Source: Rhynchobatus australiae (taxonomy: Eukaryota). From it: a DNA stretch of 64,000 bases. The notes under the pieces are model-generated. The model was not told the origin of the DNA. It was given only the letters and a program-made list of their open reading frames with translations, and made no database searches. Each line of letters begins with the position of its first letter. Position 1 is the first letter of the stretch. The position numbers and the translations under genes are program-made. This document shows positions 62,201-64,000 of this stretch, in pieces. The DNA lies in NCBI GenBank assembly GCA_034780895.1, contig JAUZTB010000069.1, positions 13,043,419 to 13,107,418 of the forward strand, in the 5' to 3' direction.

Positions 62201-63190
62201 GAGGGGAAATGCTATTTACTAAGCAGAATTTTTTGCCTGAATTAGCTGAATCCCAAACATGGATATTTTTCTATATTTAGACCCTTAGCTAAGTGTCACA
62301 TATATGCTGGTAAGTGTGGGTAACCATGATCAGTAATTTGGTTAATTATTGCTACATTATTTAGCAGTAAGTAAATTTATTTAATAAATGGTGATAACAG
62401 CTTTGATTGTATTGCTATGTAACAGTGACAGGCCAGTTTATATTGTGGTGAAGTTTAAATAGAAGAGATCCAGTATATAGCTCTCATTCATTGCATTTAG
62501 TGTTTCAATGCATGGGTGGGAAAAGAAAAGGCACTTTTTAAAGTTGTTATTGGAGTCAATTACAGCATATTTATTAATGCAATGCTGTTGAGGCTGAGTA
62601 AATATCATTGGAGACAATAACATTGTGAGACAATCATTAATTAATTAACCATAAAATGGGGCAAAACTGGAAAATGAATGTGGAACAGTAGGAATGTCAA
62701 TCCATGTGATGGGGTCTCTCCCTCCTTACCTTGTTTCTGTGGTGGTGATTATAACAGAAGAATTACTTCATTTTAGCTGGTTGGTTCCTGCAGATTTGGT
62801 GCCACATGTTGTGGTTCACTCCCATTTGCCATCTGAAGAGACCTGGCAAAAGGCCCAGGAAATGTGGGGAAAGATATTTAAAACAATGACTATTTACAGC
62901 CTTGTCTTTCCCTATAGTACATGACAAGCTACTAACTGTAAATTTTATTGGGTGTTTACAAACTGGTATTATTAGTTTCCTGTTGCAACCTACTGTATAT
63001 TGGAAATGTTGTTTGCTTGTTATTGTCTTATCTACAGTAATATTTTTTGTTATGTTTCATTATTCAGGAGGAGCTATTGAGTTCCAAGACATGTACAGAA
63101 AAAGAAGCCAAACAGCTGATGCACTCTGATTTTCTTCCTCTTCTTGGCAATTTACAACGCCGCTTTGAAGAGGAGCTGTTTGCTTTAGAT
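44226..63190 (+). CDS. CCDC180: Coiled-coil domain-containing protein 180 (CFAP76), first 11 coding exons, continues beyond window
   Basis: join(44226-44285,45900-46090,48060-48148,49822-49931,50314-50442,53413-53523,54563-54658,<55568-55618,57772-57882,61072-61151,61883-61971,63068-63190); peptides match recalled human CCDC180 (VP.GK.Y.QIF.AEVQLV..L; GRIP..; RQ..WM..L.ND...ENPVL; YR.I..EAM); phases consistent. Confidence 0.92.
45900..46090 (+). CDS. CCDC180: CCDC180 exon ([13 protein letters not shown]...IENPVLR)
   Basis: tctgtaaag acceptor, AG|gtaaca donor, 191 nt. Confidence 0.92.
48060..48148 (+). CDS. CCDC180: CCDC180 exon (DAVLSATK...EVKGLPDVI)
   Basis: cattgtag acceptor, G|gtaagt donor, 89 nt. 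Confidence 0.88.
49822..49931 (+). CDS. CCDC180: CCDC180 exon ([12 protein letters not shown]...ELITISR)
   Basis: tctacag acceptor, AGG|gtatga donor, 110 nt. Confidence 0.88.
50314..50442 (+). CDS. CCDC180: CCDC180 exon ([11 protein letters not shown]...LPTLTFE)
   Basis: attcctag acceptor, GAG|gtatag donor, 129 nt. Confidence 0.88.
50728..51030. mobile_element. Tigger-like MITE
   Basis: TA-caggctgcccc ... gggttggcctg-TA. Confidence 0.55.
53413..53523 (+). CDS. CCDC180: CCDC180 exon ([11 protein letters not shown]...KELDETF...RVNQ)
   Basis: tttgtag acceptor, CAG|gtaaat donor, 111 nt. Confidence 0.9.
54563..54658 (+). CDS. CCDC180: CCDC180 exon ([18 protein letters not shown]...YRFIDKEAM)
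   Basis: gattcag acceptor, ATG|gtaaga donor, 96 nt. Confidence 0.9.
55568..55618 (+). CDS. CCDC180: CCDC180 exon, 3' part only ([16 protein letters not shown]); 5' part in gap
   Basis: AA|gtgagt donor phase 2 matches next exon; aligns to expected position (LVDTWKALKKEALLQSF). Confidence 0.7.
56217..56320 (+). mobile_element. CR1 LINE fragment (rest in gap)
   Basis: [34 protein letters not shown]. Confidence 0.85.
57005..57275 (-). mobile_element. Penelope-like element, GIY-YIG endonuclease relic
   Basis: Minus strand reads as decayed YIGETK..LG..FAEHL...; [22 protein letters not shown] (cf. EEQHLIFRLGTLQPDGMNIEFS). Confidence 0.7.
57772..57882 (+). CDS. CCDC180: CCDC180 exon ([10 protein letters not shown]...RKQLLEEM)
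   Basis: cctttcacag acceptor, GT|gtaagt donor, 111 nt, phase 2-2. Confidence 0.82.
57982..59575 (+). mobile_element. 5'-truncated Penelope-like element bounded by inverted terminal repeats
   Basis: Internal decayed ORF ([20 protein letters not shown]; [16 protein letters not shown]); left end aaaatgttggaagcactcagtgggttaggcagtatctg is inverted relative to right end cagctactgcctaatctgctgaatatttccagcatttt. Confidence 0.65.
61072..61151 (+). CDS. CCDC180: CCDC180 exon ([26 protein letters not shown])
   Basis: ttttttgcag acceptor, G|gtgagt donor, 80 nt. Confidence 0.88.
61883..61971 (+). CDS. CCDC180: CCDC180 exon ([18 protein letters not shown]...EKCK)
   Basis: actttctag acceptor, AAG|gtgggt donor, 89 nt. 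Confidence 0.88.
63068..63190 (+). CDS. CCDC180: CCDC180 exon ([18 protein letters not shown]...EEELFALD)
   Basis: tattcag acceptor, GAT|gtaagc donor, 123 nt. Confidence 0.9.
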
Positions 63191-64000
63191 GTAAGCCTGT
63201 TTATTTCTGATATTCCAAAAGGTTTATTGCAGTTGAATGAATGGAGACCCCTGATGGTCCAAGTGGGAAACCACAAGCGTGGCAAAGAGTTATATTTAAA
63301 TCCAGTAGGACTAGTGAGTAATGCTGCAGCAGACTTCAGCACAGTGCAGTAGGACTTGGGGTCTGACCAAGATCCTCAATACATTATATTGCTGACTTCA
63401 AACACACTGTTGAAGGCAGTAAGCAATTCTCCATCTGGTAAGGANNNNNNNNNNNNNNNNNNNNNNNNNNNNNNNNNNNNNNNNNNNNNNNNNNNNNNNN
63501 NNNNNNNNNNNNNNNNNNNNNNNNNNNNNNNNNNNNNNNNNNNNNNNNNNNNNNNNNNNGCTGGTGTGAGGAAAAGAAAGCCGGAAAAAATTTAAGTGCG
63601 CTGCAGCTTGGTAGGGAATGGAAGTACAACTACCAAAAATATAAGCAAAGGCCAACAGTCTTTGGGTAATATCGTGTACCGAAGGGATGCTGCAAAATAC
63701 ACTTGCTACTGAAAATATTGACTTCTCAATGAGAGAAAAAAGAAAACGTAGGAAACGCCTAGCAAGTCAGGCAACATCTGTGAATTGAGAAACAATGTTA
63801 ATGTTTCAGGTCCAATGACTTTTCATCAGAACCCATGAAACATTAAATCTAATCTTATATCCACACATGCTTCAGACCAGCTGAAAATTTCCAGCAGTTT
63901 TGCTTTTATTTTAGATTTCCAACAAGTGTATTTTTTTTTTGTTTTACTAACTCTGATGGAATTTGATTCAATGGATTTTGAGCACTCACCAATGCCTTGC

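Overview
Vertebrate genomic DNA from a gappy draft assembly. The repeat landscape (V-SINE/HE1-like and Deu-SINE-like SINEs, CR1 and Rex1/Babar-like LINEs, Penelope-like elements, Tigger-like MITEs) suggests a cartilaginous fish (inference). Three spliced genes were reconstructed by hand from splice sites, phase continuity and recalled homology. (1) A plus-strand gene (~4.1-18.8 kb, 5' end uncertain) encoding a ~920-aa protein with a long low-complexity N-terminus and a C-terminal ribonuclease-inhibitor-type LRR domain resembling LRRC73. (2) PSMD5 on the minus strand (10 exons, 41314 down to a gap at ~23.2 kb that hides the C-terminus). (3) The first 11 coding exons of CCDC180 on the plus strand from 44226, running off the window. 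PSMD5 and CCDC180 are head-to-head across a CpG island carrying two TCTCGCGATA elements, a near-perfect RFX X-box and a YY1 site on the PSMD5 start codon. Other notable items: a probable GC-AG intron, multiple decayed minimal hammerhead-ribozyme motifs in Penelope-type termini, a ~250-bp local inverted duplication in a PSMD5 intron, and duplicated 78-nt pseudo-exons near the left end. No prokaryote-type system (CRISPR etc.) is present. Homology calls are from memory, not database searches.
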